A stretch of 64,000 nt of DNA from the human T2T-CHM13v2.0 reference genome, Homo sapiens. The position numbers and the translations under genes were made by a program. The stretch is taken from assembly GCF_009914755.1 (NCBI RefSeq), contig NC_060935.1; one strand, 5' to 3'. The notes below the pieces were generated by a model. It had not been told where the DNA came from and did no database searches. It worked only from the letters and a program-made list of their open reading frames with translations. The stretch's first letter is position 1, and every line of letters starts with the position of its first letter. This document shows positions 1 through 14,452 of the stretch, piece by piece.

Positions 1-215
1 GCTAACTATAGCCTGAATAGCCATTTAGTGGTAGCTATATCAACATACTCTGCTTTTTATGCTCCTGCACAAAGCCAAACCCTCCAGATGTGTAGTGTTC
101 TACTATTTTTCTCCCTACTTGAGAACATTTCTCCAGTAGTTTTACCATCTCACTACTATATCATAGTTCTTCACTCTCTATTGAGTCATTCTCATTGGAA
201 ATCAAATACAATACC
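1..215 (-). pseudogene. CR1-C-terminal-like segment at window edge
   Basis: RYCI*F, VKLLEKCSQVGRKIV, HLEGLAL..IKSRV resemble EYCVQF, ..LERVQRRATKMV, RL.ELGL..EKRR. Confidence 0.45.
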
Positions 216-1053
216 TCATTAAAAAAATTCTTCACATTTTAAAAAACTTGTCTTTATGATTTTAGTTCAGTTGTTCTCCCTGCAATCTCTCTTAAACCTA
301 TTTCAGTTTTATATGTATATTACATACATAACAACTAGCTAGTTATAACTATCCAAAGGCTCTCCTATCAGCGTGTGTGCTAATTGTGAATTAAGAAATT
401 TAACAGTAAAGGCAGGAAAATAAGAAGAACATTAATAATAAGTAAATGGAGAGTGTTAGTTTTTTTTCTGCAATCAATTAAGTCCTACAAATTTTATGGA
501 TTGTGATGGCTATAACTGAAATGTAGGGGATATGCTGGACACCAGTAGATTCCATATGCTTGGCTGTGATGGCAGATAGGAAGAATGATGAAAGATCATG
601 AACCTGACTCAAATAGATACTCATGTGTGCACGTGGACACCTGTGCATGTGCATGTGTGTATGTGTGTATGAGTGTGCATGTGTGTGTATCATATAGATA
701 TATCCCTGTGTCTTCTAGGCATGTATCTTAGTATGCAGAGAAGGGACTGAATGAATATGCCCAAAGATGTGTAACACTCATTGTCTCTGGGTGAGTGAGA
801 TGTGGAATTACTTCTTAATTTCTTTTTCTTAATATACCTGTATTTTCTGTAATGTATATTGCTTTGTAATATACAAAAGTAAAATTTATTTAAATAAAAG
901 TTTATGATGTACACATATACTTAGTGGGTTATTGATTCTTCAAACAGGCAAATTAGTCTATGTGGTAAACTTTATTTCAAAAAAAATGGATATAAGGATC
1001 TCTCAACTCACATACTCTTCTTACCAAGTGACTTTGACAATTCTTTCATAGGG

Positions 1054-1122
1054 AGATGAAGAAGAAGTATGGAAGAAGTAAGTATGGAAGAAGTAAGATG
1101 AAGAAGAAGTATGGAAGAAGTA
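1054..1122 (+). repeat. Purine-rich composite tandem repeat (A-B-B-A-B)
   Basis: A=agatgaagaaga, B=agtatggaagaagta. Confidence 0.9.
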
Positions 1123-1134
1123 AGGTAAGTGTTT

Positions 1135-1390
1135 AATGAGACTGAGTCGCGAAAAGCATTGCAGCTTCTTGGATTTCTTAAGTCAGTCTTGGAACTCAGC
1201 CAGCATGTTATGAGAAATCCCATGTGCCTTGCACAGAAGCTCAAATGAGAAGAAGAAAACCGCTCACACTATTTTACCAGCCAAGTGAATAAGCCACTTT
1301 GAAAGTGGATTCCTCAGCCTAGATGAGCTGCCCATTTGATGCTGCAGAGAGGAACCTTTCTCACTGAGTTGCACAGCAGTAGATAACCAG
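1135..1390 (+). mobile_element. MLT1-family MaLR LTR fragment
   Basis: cagccaagtgaataagccactttgaaagtggattcctcagcc motif. Confidence 0.55.
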
Positions 1391-1419
1391 GGTAGTCAGT
1401 ATAATCTGGTAATTAATAG

Positions 1420-1632
1420 CTTGGATATTGGAGATAAACAGATGTCAATCTTGGCTCTACCACTTATCAGCTCTGTGACCGTATGCAAGTTTCTTAGCCA
1501 CTCTGGTTCTTCAGTTTCTTATTTATAAAATGAAGGTAAGAATGATATACCTCTCCTAAACAAGTGATGAGTGTAACTAAGATAATTCATATAAACTACA
1601 GAGTAATAGTTCAATAAATTGTAACTGCTATT
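1420..1632 (+). mobile_element. MIR SINE
   Basis: ggctctaccacttatcagctctgtgacc...tcagtttcttatttataaaatgaagg core. Confidence 0.75.
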
Positions 1633-1814
1633 TTGTTATTTTGTTGTTGCTAATGTCCTGTAATGATGTTGGGGGAGAATGACCAGTATCACTTCTATTC
1701 ATTATACTCATGTTTAGATTAAAACACAGGGAGACTAAATAGGAGGGCATTTAGGCACGTGGCAGTAATAACTCTAATTCCTATCATTAATGTGCTCGGA
1801 AGTACATTACTCTC

Positions 1815-3700
<1,886 letters not shown>

Positions 3701-4116
3701 TTGCCACTTAAACAAAGCTACAGCCATGTCTGGTGCTATATGCAAAATAAGTATCTAAAAAAGCCCCTTTTTAATTGAGCTTGGGAAATTTTATGTATAA
3801 AAATAATATCAAAATTGTGACACAAAACACAGTGAGTGTGTTAGAAATAACAGAAGATTTGGAGACAGATGGACCAGAGAATGAAATCTGGCTATATTGT
3901 CTGTAGTCTGAGTGGCCTTAATCTAGTGATTCTAATTGTAAGCATATTTTGCCTCTATAATAGGTGCAATAATATGAAAATCTGGTCATTAAGCTAAAAC
4001 AGAAGAAATTGGGTAATGTCCCAACCTGGGGTGTGGCACTTAACAGATGTTCTATAAATGGTAGTGGTCTTCTTCTTCCTACTTTTAACAATATTTTACA
4101 TGCTGTGAGAATGACA

Positions 4117-4117
<1 letters not shown>

Positions 4118-4168
<51 letters not shown>
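4118..4168. repeat. (CA)25 microsatellite
   Basis: Pure CA run. Confidence 0.99.
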
Positions 4169-4171
<3 letters not shown>

Positions 4172-4297
4172 AAATTTATTTTGTTGTTGTATGGTTAATA
4201 GCTTTCCAAAATAATCTTAGATCTTTTGAATGAATCTCAAACAGACATCTTGAACATTATCTGTAATGGATTACAGCTGGTGAGTTCACTGGAAATA

Positions 4298-4377
4298 TAT
4301 TTGGTTGAACCATAGAAAATTGCTATTTTGAGGTAAAAGTGTCTAATATTCAACAATTTCATAGAGTTCAAGTAATA
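4298..4377. mobile_element. MADE2 mariner-derived MITE
   Basis: 80-bp imperfect palindrome tatttggttgaaccatagaaaattgc...caatttcatagagttcaagtaata. Confidence 0.8.
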
Positions 4378-4546
4378 GATAACATTGCAATTGCAGATAG
4401 AAAGAAAGTTAGGGGAGGGACATATAATGATTTTTAAATAATAAACAAGATTTAGATAAACTCATTGTGGGGAAGTCTTTCTAGGGAACAAACTTGCCCT
4501 GGTCACAGAAAGACTATTCTGATGGAAGAAGTCCATTACTGCTCAC

Positions 4547-4715
4547 CTGGTGTTTCCAGTGGCAGAAAGAATAGTCAACCATTTTTGCTAAGCCAATATG
4601 TCCATACTCCAAAAAAGAAAATCACTAGATACTTCTCAGGAGCTGCTTACATTATTTTTATTCATTTTGATCCACTCTGTCTCTGGGTACTTAATAGAAT
4701 ATTGCAAAGTCACTG
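4547..4715 (-). pseudogene. RT-like segment
   Basis: NNVSSS*EVSSD resembles SSWREVSSG; strong donor CAG|GTGAGC. Confidence 0.35.
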
Positions 4716-5839
4716 ATCACTTGTTATTCACAAATAATATTTGTATTTGCTCAATGGTCAGTTCATTAAGGAAGTATCATTAAGACCATTGCCTCATTCA
4801 ATCAAGTTTTCTACCATAAATTTCAAGGTATAAAGTATACTCCAGCATGATATAGGGCTAATCATCTAGCTGTGTATAGCAAGAACAGAATCACAGACAG
4901 AATTGTTTGGTGTATTGCATTAATTCAATATCTTAAGTGTGAATGATGACAAGCCTTAGATAACAGGTCTGACGATGGTAGGTAATGAGAAAATTTATTG
5001 TAAGGGGGGAAATACAATGTTGATGCATGTTGCCATGTACAATGAAAATAATATGAGCTTTGGGGTCAGAAAATACACTATCTATATTTGTTTTATTTGT
5101 TTCCCTTAGTATACTACTTCTGAGAGAACACATCAATAATAATATAATTTTAACATAGCTTAATGATGAAGCCCTACAACTTTTTTTGTTGTTTTTAACA
5201 CAAAAAATACAACAAAACCTATATTATAGAATGGATAAGGCACGTTTATTTTTCTGAAGGTTTTCAAAGGATGTATGGTGTATTATCTCAGGAGATTCCA
5301 TTTTCTCCCCAAAACTTTCTCTGAATTTATGGCATTGAGAAGGGCCTTAAGTGTATATACCTGTCTACCTCAAAATGCAGCCAAAAGAAAAATGTTTGTT
5401 TTAAAGATAGATGTATTGAAGCACTCATGGTGGGGGAAATGAAAAATAAATTAATTAGTACAATCTCTGCCTTCTAACCTTATTAATAAATAATGTTATA
5501 ATATTTTGCTTTTAAACAAAGTTCTGTAACTGCAGGAGTGATGCCAATTTAAATAGCAATTGCATTTACTCCAATAAACAATGACTTAAAAATTAATTAC
5601 CACAGTAATTTTATCAGTGATTTTAAGAGGTTATTTTAAATAGTCTATGAAATTGAAGAAATACAAATCAAAAGCATGAAATCTTATGTATTCTCAGATA
5701 CAATAATTTATTGCTCTTAGGATAGTTTTATTTAACCAAAGCCATCTTTTCCTTCTGATGTTACATGAAAGTTCAAGTAATTATTTTCTTTCATTTATCT
5801 AAGAAACCACAGAAGTCCCAAAATTCATTACAAAGTGCT

Positions 5840-6189
5840 AATATTTAACAACTCAAATAATTGTTCTGTACAATTAGCTAAATTACATGATTGATTTCTT
5901 GATTAACTGTATTTACAAGTCTTTTTCCTCTTTGTACTGTGCTATCTTTTGGTCAAATTCATTCAAAAAAGTAATGCTGCATGATTCATTAGGAGAAATA
6001 GTTGTAGTTCTTGGTTTATGTGGTTGATTCATTATCATGTGTATTACTTGTAATTATTTAAAAATGTGTCAAAGATTTTATTCAACTCATTAATTAATGA
6101 GGAAACCAATAAGAAGATAAAACTATTCTCCACAACATTTTGAGAAATTGGGTTTACATGATGTTTTTCTCTAAACAGGACTAAGATTT
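5840..6189 (-). pseudogene. RT-like segment
   Basis: Acceptor cttatttttttatctag|; FREK(fs)SCKPN, SSLINELNKIFDTF, NESC...FDQ, RLVNTVNQEINHVI*L resemble GF.K.KSC.TN, KAFDT, RLVDQG..VDVIYL. Confidence 0.5.
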
Positions 6190-6339
6190 CTAGATAAAAA
6201 AATAAGTTAATGTGTTTCAGAAAATAAAACATAAACTTCAGGATTATCTTTGCTACAAGACAGAAGAAATTGAATCATACAAGTTTAACATCTACAACTT
6301 CCACAGTTTTAGCCCTTAGTTAACAAATATTTGCATATA

Positions 6340-6564
6340 CATTCCTCCAGTTACTCTCTATCTCATCACCTTATTTATCTCTCTCATGTCACTTAACATA
6401 ATCTGTAATTACATGTTTATTTGTTTACATATTCAGATCCAATAGAAAGAAAGTGACCTATGTATCTCACCTATATATCCTCAGGTCCTAAAATAGTGCT
6501 TTGCATGTAGAAGATGCTTAATAAATATCTGCCTAATGGATGAATGGATGAATGGGTGGATGGG
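6340..6564 (+). mobile_element. L2 3' end
   Basis: gcatgtagaagatgcttaataaatatctg followed by (tgaa/tgga)n tail. Confidence 0.75.
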
Positions 6565-6653
6565 CATATAGTATGCCCATAGTTATAATAGCAAAATACT
6601 GTGAAAGATATTTTGATAAGTTTTTGTTATTTGACCTGCCCTTTTAAAGACTC

Positions 6654-8699
6654 TGTATTAGTCTGTTTTCACACTACTGAAAAAGATACATTGAAGACTG
6701 GGCAATTTACAAAAGAAAGAGTTTTAATGGATTTACCATTACATGTGGCTGGGCAAGCAACACAATCACGGTGGAAGACAAAGAGGAGCAAGTCACATCT
6801 TACATGGATGGCAGCAGACAAAGAGACAGAGCTTGTGTAGGGAAACTCCCATTTTTATAACCATCAGATCTCATGAGACTTATTCACTATCATGAGAACA
6901 GCATGGGATAGACCTGCCCCCATGATTCAGTTACCTCCCACTGGGTTCCTTCCATAACACATGGGAATTGTGGGAGTTACAATTCAAGAAGAGATTTGGG
7001 TGGGGACACAGACAAACCATATCATTCCACCCCTGGCCACTCCCAAATCTCATTTCCTCACATTTCAAAACCAATCATGCCTTGTCAACAGTCCCCAAAA
7101 TTCTTAACTCATTTCAACATTAACTCAAAAGTCCACAGTCCAAAGTCTCATCTGAGACAAGGCAAGTCCCTTCCACCTAGAAGCCTGTAAAATCAAGGGC
7201 AAGTCAGTTACTTCCTAGATACAATGAGGATACAGGTATTGGGAAAGTACACCCATTCCAAGTAGAAATAATCGGCTAAAACAAAGGGGCTACAGGCCCT
7301 ATGCAAGTCCAGAATCCAGTGGGACAGTCAAATCTTAATGCTCCAAAATGATCTTTGACTCCATGTCTCACATACAGGTCATGCTGATGCAAGAGGTGGA
7401 TTCCCATGGTCTTGGTCAGCTTCACACCTGTGGCTTTGCAGGGTACAGCTTCCCTCTTGGCTGCTTTCACAGGCTGGCCTTGAGTGTCAGAGGTTTCTTA
7501 AGCTGAATGGTGCAAGCTGTCAGTGGATCTACCATTCTGGGGTCTGGAGGATGGTGTTGGCCCTCTTCTCACAGCTCCACTAGGCACTGCCTCAGTAGGT
7601 ACTCTGTGTGGGGGCTCCAGCCCTACATTTCCCTTCTGCACTGCCCTAGCAGAGGTTCTCCATGAGGGCCCCACCCCTACAGCAAAACTTCTGCCAGGGC
7701 ATCCAGGTGTTTCCATACATCTTCTGAAATCTAGGTAGAGGTTTCTAAACCTCAGTTATTGATTTCTGTGCACTCACAGGCTCAACACCACATGGAAGCT
7801 GCCAAGGCTTGGGGCTTGCACCAACTGAAGCCACAACCCAGGCTCTACATTGGCCCCTGTTGGCACCTCTCAGCCATAGCTGGAGTGGCTGGGATGCAGT
7901 ACACACAGCATGGGGACCCTGGGCCTGGCCCATGAAACCATCTTTTCCTTCTAGGCCTCTGGGGCTGTGATGGGAGGGGCTGCCATGAAGACCTCTGACA
8001 TGCCCTGAAGACATTTTTTTCATTGTCTTGGGGATTAACATTTGGCTCCTCATTACTTATGCAAATTTCTGCAGCTGGCTGGAATTTTTCTTCAGAAATG
8101 GTATTTTCTTTTCTATCACATTTTCAGGCTGCAAATTTTCTGAACTTTTATGCTCTGTTTTCCTTATAAAACTGAATGCCTTTAACAGCACCCAAGTCAC
8201 ATATTGAGTGCTTTGCTGCTTAGAAATTTATTCTGCCAGAAACCCTAAATCATGTCTCTGAAGTTCAAAGTTCCACAAATCTCTATGGCAGGGGCAAAAT
8301 GCTGCCAGTCTCTTTGCTAAAACATTATAAGAGTCACCTTTGCTCCAGTTCCCAACAAGTTACCCATCTCTATCTGAGACACCTAAGCATGGATTTCATT
8401 ATCCATATCATTATCAGCATTTTGGCCAAAGTCATTCAACAAGTCTCTTGGGAGTTGCAAACTTTCCCACATTTTCCTGTCTTCTTCTGAACCCCCCAAA
8501 CTATCCCAACCTCTGCTGTTACCCAGTTCCAAAGTTGCTTCCACATTTTTGGGTATTGTTTCAGCAGTGCCCCACTCTACTGGTACCAATTTACAGTATT
8601 AGTCTGTTTTCACACCACTAGGTTCCTCTCATGACGTGGGAATTGTGGGAGTTACAAATCAAGATGAAATTTGGGTGGTGACACAGCCAAACCATATCA
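6654..8699 (-). mobile_element. THE1A MaLR provirus: LTR 6654-7024, internal 7025-8594, internally deleted LTR 8595-8699
   Basis: LTR ends tgtattagtc...accatatca; 5-bp TSD gactc/gattc. Confidence 0.93.
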
Positions 8700-8894
8700 G
8701 ATTCCTAGAAAAATTTCCCTTTTCCACTTATTCTTACACTTACACATATTGACATTACTGGTTAGGTTAATATTTCCGTGTCATAACTCTTGACCTGGAA
8801 CATTTGTGTTCATTTAAAGCAAGTCTAAATTCATTATGAAAACTTTCTTTCTTTTTAAAATATTTTTAACCTTTTAAAAAACTTTTCATTTTCT

Positions 8895-9016
8895 TTTAAG
8901 TGGTGAGAACATGTAAGATACATTCTTTTAGTGAGTTTCAATTATGTAATCGAGTGTTATTAACTATAGTCCCCATGCTTCACATTAGATCTTCAGAACT
9001 TATTCATCTTATAACT
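8895..9016 (-). mobile_element. Old L1M 3'UTR fragment
   Basis: ttattaactatagtccccatgcttcacattagatcttcagaacttattcatc. Confidence 0.7.
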
Positions 9017-9108
9017 TAACAAATTATAGATGATTTATTCTGCATGTTTTATATTTTAAGATAATATACTTAATGAATTCACAGTCTTTCTTAAAAGTTC
9101 TTCTGGAG

Positions 9109-9266
9109 AGCCAGGCACAGTGGCATGTTCTATAGTCCCAGTTATTTGGGAGGCCGAGGCAGGAGATCCCTTGAGTCAGAAGTTCCAGGCTGTAGTGTGC
9201 AATAATTGTGCTGTGAATAACTACTACCCTCCAGCCAGAACAACGTAGTGAAACTCCATCTCTTAA
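9109..9266 (+). mobile_element. FAM (fossil Alu monomer)
   Basis: Monomer with FAM-type gctgtagtg...tgtgaata..actac..tccagcc segment. Confidence 0.75.
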
Positions 9267-9604
9267 AGTTATTTTGAGTTTTTCATTATTGTTCTACATA
9301 TTCTTCCAAGTTGCATCAATTAAAAAAAGTTTTCTTTGAAACTGAAATTAGATTTTAAAGACTTTGATGAATATGTATAAGGTCAAAAAGTCATGATGTC
9401 AAAATGGAATGTTTAGAACCATAAATAATTATTAAAAGTATGAATTGATAACCAACTATATGCATTTACACTGAATTTTTCCAGATTATTAAAGTTCATT
9501 AACATGCAAGATCCATGAGGAAAGGATCTTTTTTCTGCACCGTTGTTTCCTCAGAATATGTGAGCAGTACTCACATATTTTAGGTGTTCTATAAATGTGT
9601 GATT

Positions 9605-9982
9605 AGATAATTTTTCATTGAGTTTTCTAATGTTAGATCATTACAGTCCATCTTGTCTGCCATCATTGAAAGATAACCCTTCCCCTCCTCCAATGAAGCA
9701 TATTTATAAATTGTTTCAATATTCTGGTTGACTTTTTCACTGTCTGCTCTGACTTTTCTGAAATCCCAAGCTCTGCCAATAGATGAATATAATGGTTAGG
9801 GGCACAATTACAGAGAGGTAGGTTTGAATTCCACTTCTGCTAATTCTAATCTGTGTAATTTTAACTCATGTCTATTCAGTATCATCTACACTATTTCAGA
9901 GCATACTATAAATTTCTTGAAATATTTGAAACTAAATTGGAATACCTTTGCAGTTTTCCCTTAGCAAATGTATAATTTGCAG
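9605..9982 (-). pseudogene. CR1-C-terminal-like segment interrupted by a MIR
   Basis: LQIIHLLREN (KVLHLGRNN-like); LAELG; NIETIYKYASLEEGKGYLSMMADKMDCNDLTL resembles DLITVYKY...EEG..LFS...DRTRSNGLKL. Confidence 0.55.
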
Positions 9983-10738
9983 TTAAAGAAGAGAGAGAAA
10001 AGTTATTTTTACTATGTATGTAAAAATTCCAGGTACAGTTAAGCCATTTATACAAAGACTTCAGCCGCAAAAGAAAAATGTAATGTTAAAGAAAATGTTT
10101 TATTTTAAACTCAGAAAGATAAAAATAAAACTTAATTTCTTTCCAGCAATATCTAACAGATTGTTAAAATTATGAAGACAAAGTAGAGATTGTTGCTAGG
10201 ACTCTGCTAAAGGATCCTGTTCATAATATGACTAAAGCATTGTATATTTTGATAACAGAATACATTTCAAAGTTGTCCAAATAGTACATGGGATTTATTT
10301 ACTAATAAATAATCTTTAACAAACTATATATATTAAAATGTGACCACCTAACCTTTTATTCTAGGCCAGTTTCATACAGATTATTCTTGTTTTGTTTCAT
10401 TTGATGGAAAATTATGCTACCTTAGTGAGAAAGAGCAATAAATCCCCAGCAAATAAGCTTTGGAATTTTTATATAATTAGGTATAATTTTATAAGCCTAT
10501 GCCAACTGATTCCTAATACTGAATAAGCTAATATTAGCCTTGGTATAAAGAGGCACTATATACAGATAGGGTCTCTGCCTTCATGGAGCTTAATGTTCAC
10601 TGGGGAAGGGAAAACACAGTCAATTAAATTGTTGACCATGTGGGGGCTGGGATTACCAAGGTAATAGCTGAATATTGCTTGGACTTGGATTTAAGGAGGG
10701 ACAAAGAGACAGGGGAATATTTTCATTGTTTGTCCTCT

Positions 10739-12602
10739 TGATGGTGGTAGCAGCCCATCTGGAGCAGCTGCTGTGAGGATGCCAGCAGTAGCAGGGGAGG
10801 CATGGCCAGGGCTGCATGCTCTGGGAACTGGGCTGGGAACAGGTGATTCAAGTAGGAGCCCCATACCCTACCGAGTTGGTGGGGTGGGAGCCCCTTGCTC
10901 CTGGGTGCAGCTGCAGCTGCCCAGACACAGCTCTGGACCTGGGCATCCCTGCACTCTCAGGAGCCCAGGAAGCTCCCTGCTCCCACAAGCTCAGAAGTGC
11001 CTACTCCTCCTCCCTGACCTCTCCTGGCACCCATCCTGGTGCAGAGCAAAGCTGTGGCCAAGCCTGGGTGCTGGTGTGACCTGGCTGGGTGTGTATGCAC
11101 TTGAGGCAGCACTGACACACCAGCCCTTGCTATGTCGGTCTCCTCCAAACTTTGGGCTCCAGTGAGCCCAAAAGGGAGGCCAGGGGGCTGAGAGTGGCTC
11201 AGCATAGGCCTGCAGGCACCTCTCAGTGTGGACAGCATGGGCACCACAGACAGTATGTTGATGGCAGGCAGGAGGCAGACAGGTCCCTTGGGGGGGAAGG
11301 GGTGGGTCCCTGGTGAACCCCCACCTTAAAGCCAAAGATGTTCTGAAGCCTGGGGGCTGAACTGCCAGTTCTGGGTGGAGTCAGCAATCTGGAGTGAGAA
11401 CTTCCTTAAGACTTTTGGCCGATTAAATGGTGCTTATTTTAGTCCTGCCCATGGCCACCCATGGACCAATCAGCATGCACTGTCTCTTGCCCATGGACCA
11501 ATCAGCATGTACTTCCTCTATTCTGAGCCCATAAAAACCCCAGACTCAGCCAACTCAGGCACTCATTGGGACTACCTGCCTGAGGATGTGAGCTGTGTAC
11601 TTCAGGTCTCCTCTACGCTCCTTGTGATTAACTGCCTGTAGATAGGAGCTATCCACTTTGGGTCTTCTCTCCTCTGATAGCTGCTTGGCCATCCAATAAA
11701 GCTCTTCTCCACCTTGCTTATCCTCCAGTTGTCTGTGTAACCTCATTCTTCCTGGACATGGGACAAGAACTTGGGACCCGCTGAATGATGGGAGCAAAAG
11801 GAGCTGTATCATGTTCCTGGCCAGCTGGCTAAACTGCAGATGGTGACATGCTCCCAGACTGTGGGAGTGAAGAGTGGCAACCCTTCTGGCGGCCCAGACC
11901 TTAGCATTTCCCAGGCAGAGCTGCTGTAAAACTGTATCCCTCTTGCTTTTTGCTGGCACCAGGCGACTGGCCCACACAATGGGAAGCAACAGTGGGGCCA
12001 GGCCAGCCCAGGAGCTGTGGGCCAGAGTGGGGTGGTGGGACTGAAAAAGCTGTTAGACAAATGGGCTGAAACATGCCCCAACTCTTGCCATGCTGCAAGG
12101 GTTGAGGAGGGAAGAGCTGTCACCCTGCTGGGATCCCAGAACTCAGGGCTCCCCAAGCCAGGAATGTGCCATGCTGTAACACCCTCTCTGGGGCTCTGGG
12201 GTTCCTGGTGTCTCCAAGCTTTTGAGTGTCACTGCATTCTCTTTGTCAAGATGCTGGTGCCCGCAGCAGAAGCTGCTTATTGTACGTGTGGTCCAGCCAC
12301 AGCCTTGCACAGAGCTGGCACCTGTGCTGGTGCCTGAAGCTGCCCCCCCGCTACAGAAATGAGAATTCCTGGCTGAGCACAGTGGCCAGACCTGTGCTTG
12401 CTTGCTTACACACCTTTTGCCCCTCCGTGCCTGGCTTGCCCTTTAGCAGGCATGGGATCCGGGCCAGAAGCATGAACCAAGTGCAGCCTGCTGGGCTGAG
12501 TGGGCTGAACAAGCCAGCCAGTGTGAGTAAAACTCAAGCAGAGGTGCCACCAGCTCTAGAGGTTTCCAGTTGGTGAAGCGACACTCTAAGGATCCTGTGA
12601 CC
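10739..12602 (+). mobile_element. MER52-family ERV1 solo LTR (~1.86 kb)
   Basis: Starts tgatggtggtagcagcccatctggagc, ends aaggatcctgtgac; 4-bp TSD ctct; GC-rich and CpG-decayed. Confidence 0.88.
11455..11540 (+). promoter_or_regulatory. LTR promoter core: two CCAAT boxes and a TATA-like cataaaa
   Basis: ccatggaccaatcagcatg twice (CCAAT at 11466 and 11498), cataaaa at 11530; AATAAA at 11695. Confidence 0.55.
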
Positions 12603-12698
12603 CTCTGTCTCTTGATGATCTGAAATTTCCATCTCCATGTAATTAAAAATATAAAAATACATCCCAATAACTTTAATTTTGGCAGGTTATGAATGTGA

Positions 12699-12780
12699 AA
12701 TTAGGGCATGGTGGCATGCTCTTGTAATCCTAGTAGCATTTTGGAAGGCTGAGGCCACAAGTTCAAGGCTGCAGTGCGGA
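12699..12780 (+). mobile_element. Alu monomer fragment
   Basis: gggcatggtggcatgctcttgtaatcc...aggctgagg. Confidence 0.65.
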
Positions 12781-13159
12781 TTAATTATGAGCTCCTAAAT
12801 GATAAAATTACTGTTGTTAACCGTTAGAGATGTTGGTAATTACTAGCTATGTTGAAAGAATGACTAAAAATGCATTAAGCATGAAATCATTATTAAGCTC
12901 AAATGGGGCATATTTAAAAGAGGAAACATAGACATCAAAATAAAGAAAAGATGTAGTTGATATGTCTTAAATTTGCTTTTAGTTTTGTATGTTTTCCTTT
13001 TGAAATGATAAAAATATATCCAATAAATAAAGTTGATAACTCTCCTTTGCTTTTGTCATATATAATAATTTTTCCAGATAAACAGTTTGATTGTGCAAAT
13101 ACCATAGAATTCTAGGCAGTGAATCAATTTATTCAGGTTTCATTTTAAAATGCTTTGTT

Positions 13160-13581
13160 AGTATAAGACAGGTAATATATACTTGTGTATTTTTTCCTCC
13201 TTTGTGTCAAGAGCTGTATAACTGATTAATTGTGCTAATTTATTAGCTTTAGAACCATGCAGAAAGAAGAGTGCTTCACAGAATGATTGCTTTATGAAGC
13301 ATAAGGAGAAACAGATGAACATGTGAACAGTGAAAGATCTTTTCCATGGAACTGTGTTCATCCTCTGATTAAAACGAATTGTGTAAAGTTGTATATTGTA
13401 TTTCACCCTTAGCATTTGGAAATGTGCATGTAATTTTGGTTTTGGTGCTTCATTACAATAATGCGTAGAAAGAAAAAAGGTATTTATAGAATATTGCAAA
13501 AGCAAATTTGTAGGATAAAATATGTCTGGCCATGTGTATTAGATACTAGTTAACTCATATCATTACTTCATTGGTACTTCA
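13160..13581 (-). pseudogene. RT-like segment
   Basis: Acceptor gacataatttag|; NEVMI*VN*YL, then TVPWKRSFTVHMFICF (GVPQGS..LFNIF-like) and ALDTKEEK; overlaps the 115-aa ORF. Confidence 0.45.
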
Positions 13582-14021
13582 CTAAATTATGTCACAAAAG
13601 CAAATACAGGATTTTCCAGAGCATGCTTTTGGAAAAATCTGAAGTTTTATTGAGGACTCATTAATTTTCCCTGTCCCATAACTTACAATTTATTTCACAA
13701 GCATTATAAACTTCAGATCATTCAGATATTGCATTTTAGTATTGTAAATTATAAGAATAGATTTAGAATGCATACTTTTTGAGGATAGGTTGCTTTCCTT
13801 AATGAAAGTATCATATTTTTAGTTTACAGTGAAATTTAAAGAATGGTTTATTATTTGAGCTACAATTGCAAAAACTTTAGATAATACATTTAAACTTGGC
13901 ATTAGAAAGAAAAAAACTTTCTAAATAGAAAAACTTTTCAACTTTTCTATTTTTCAACTAGAAATTTATACAGTTAGAATGTTTTTAAAGAAAAAGTTTT
14001 ATCTGTAAGGGAAGTGCTTAC

Positions 14022-14452
14022 TGCCAACATATTTCACCAAAGCTTAAATTCTCAAGAGGACATGTCATCCTTATAAGCAAACCATTCTGATTACATCAAT
14101 CACATTATATTACCTTGGGTGACTGACTTGCATGAGAAACCAGCAGTTATGACTTGAATTGCAATATGCAAGACAGTAAAAACCATATTTTACTTTAAAA
14201 TATATTAATGTATTACTTTTCCTAATAAAATACATTGAAAATTTTTATCAGTAGCCAGGAAATTATAGAACTAGGCAGTTGTATTCCTGAAGCACTTTCA
14301 GTGTTCATGATAATTAATTTGAGAAGTAGACTCTTATCACACAGTAGCATCTGTTGAACATTCTTGTTTTTGGTAAAATTAATTTCTGACTGATTCATGA
14401 AATAAATGATAAGGAACATAAATTCAGCTCTTTACTGTATGACTCATGTAAC
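14022..14452 (-). pseudogene. RT-like segment (one or two exons)
   Basis: NQSEINFTKNKNVQQMLLCDK resembles SQHGFTKNKSCQTNL...DK; VTQGN(fs)VIDVI...HVLL...VKYVG resembles VDQGN.VDVI...H..L..KYG; donor GCA|GTAAGC. Confidence 0.55.

Noticed and set aside
6601-8621. Multiple ORFs
   Set aside because: Decayed THE1 LTR and internal sequence
10773-12667. Cluster of overlapping 65-144 aa ORFs
   Set aside because: Expected from the GC-rich MER52 LTR; no coherent protein
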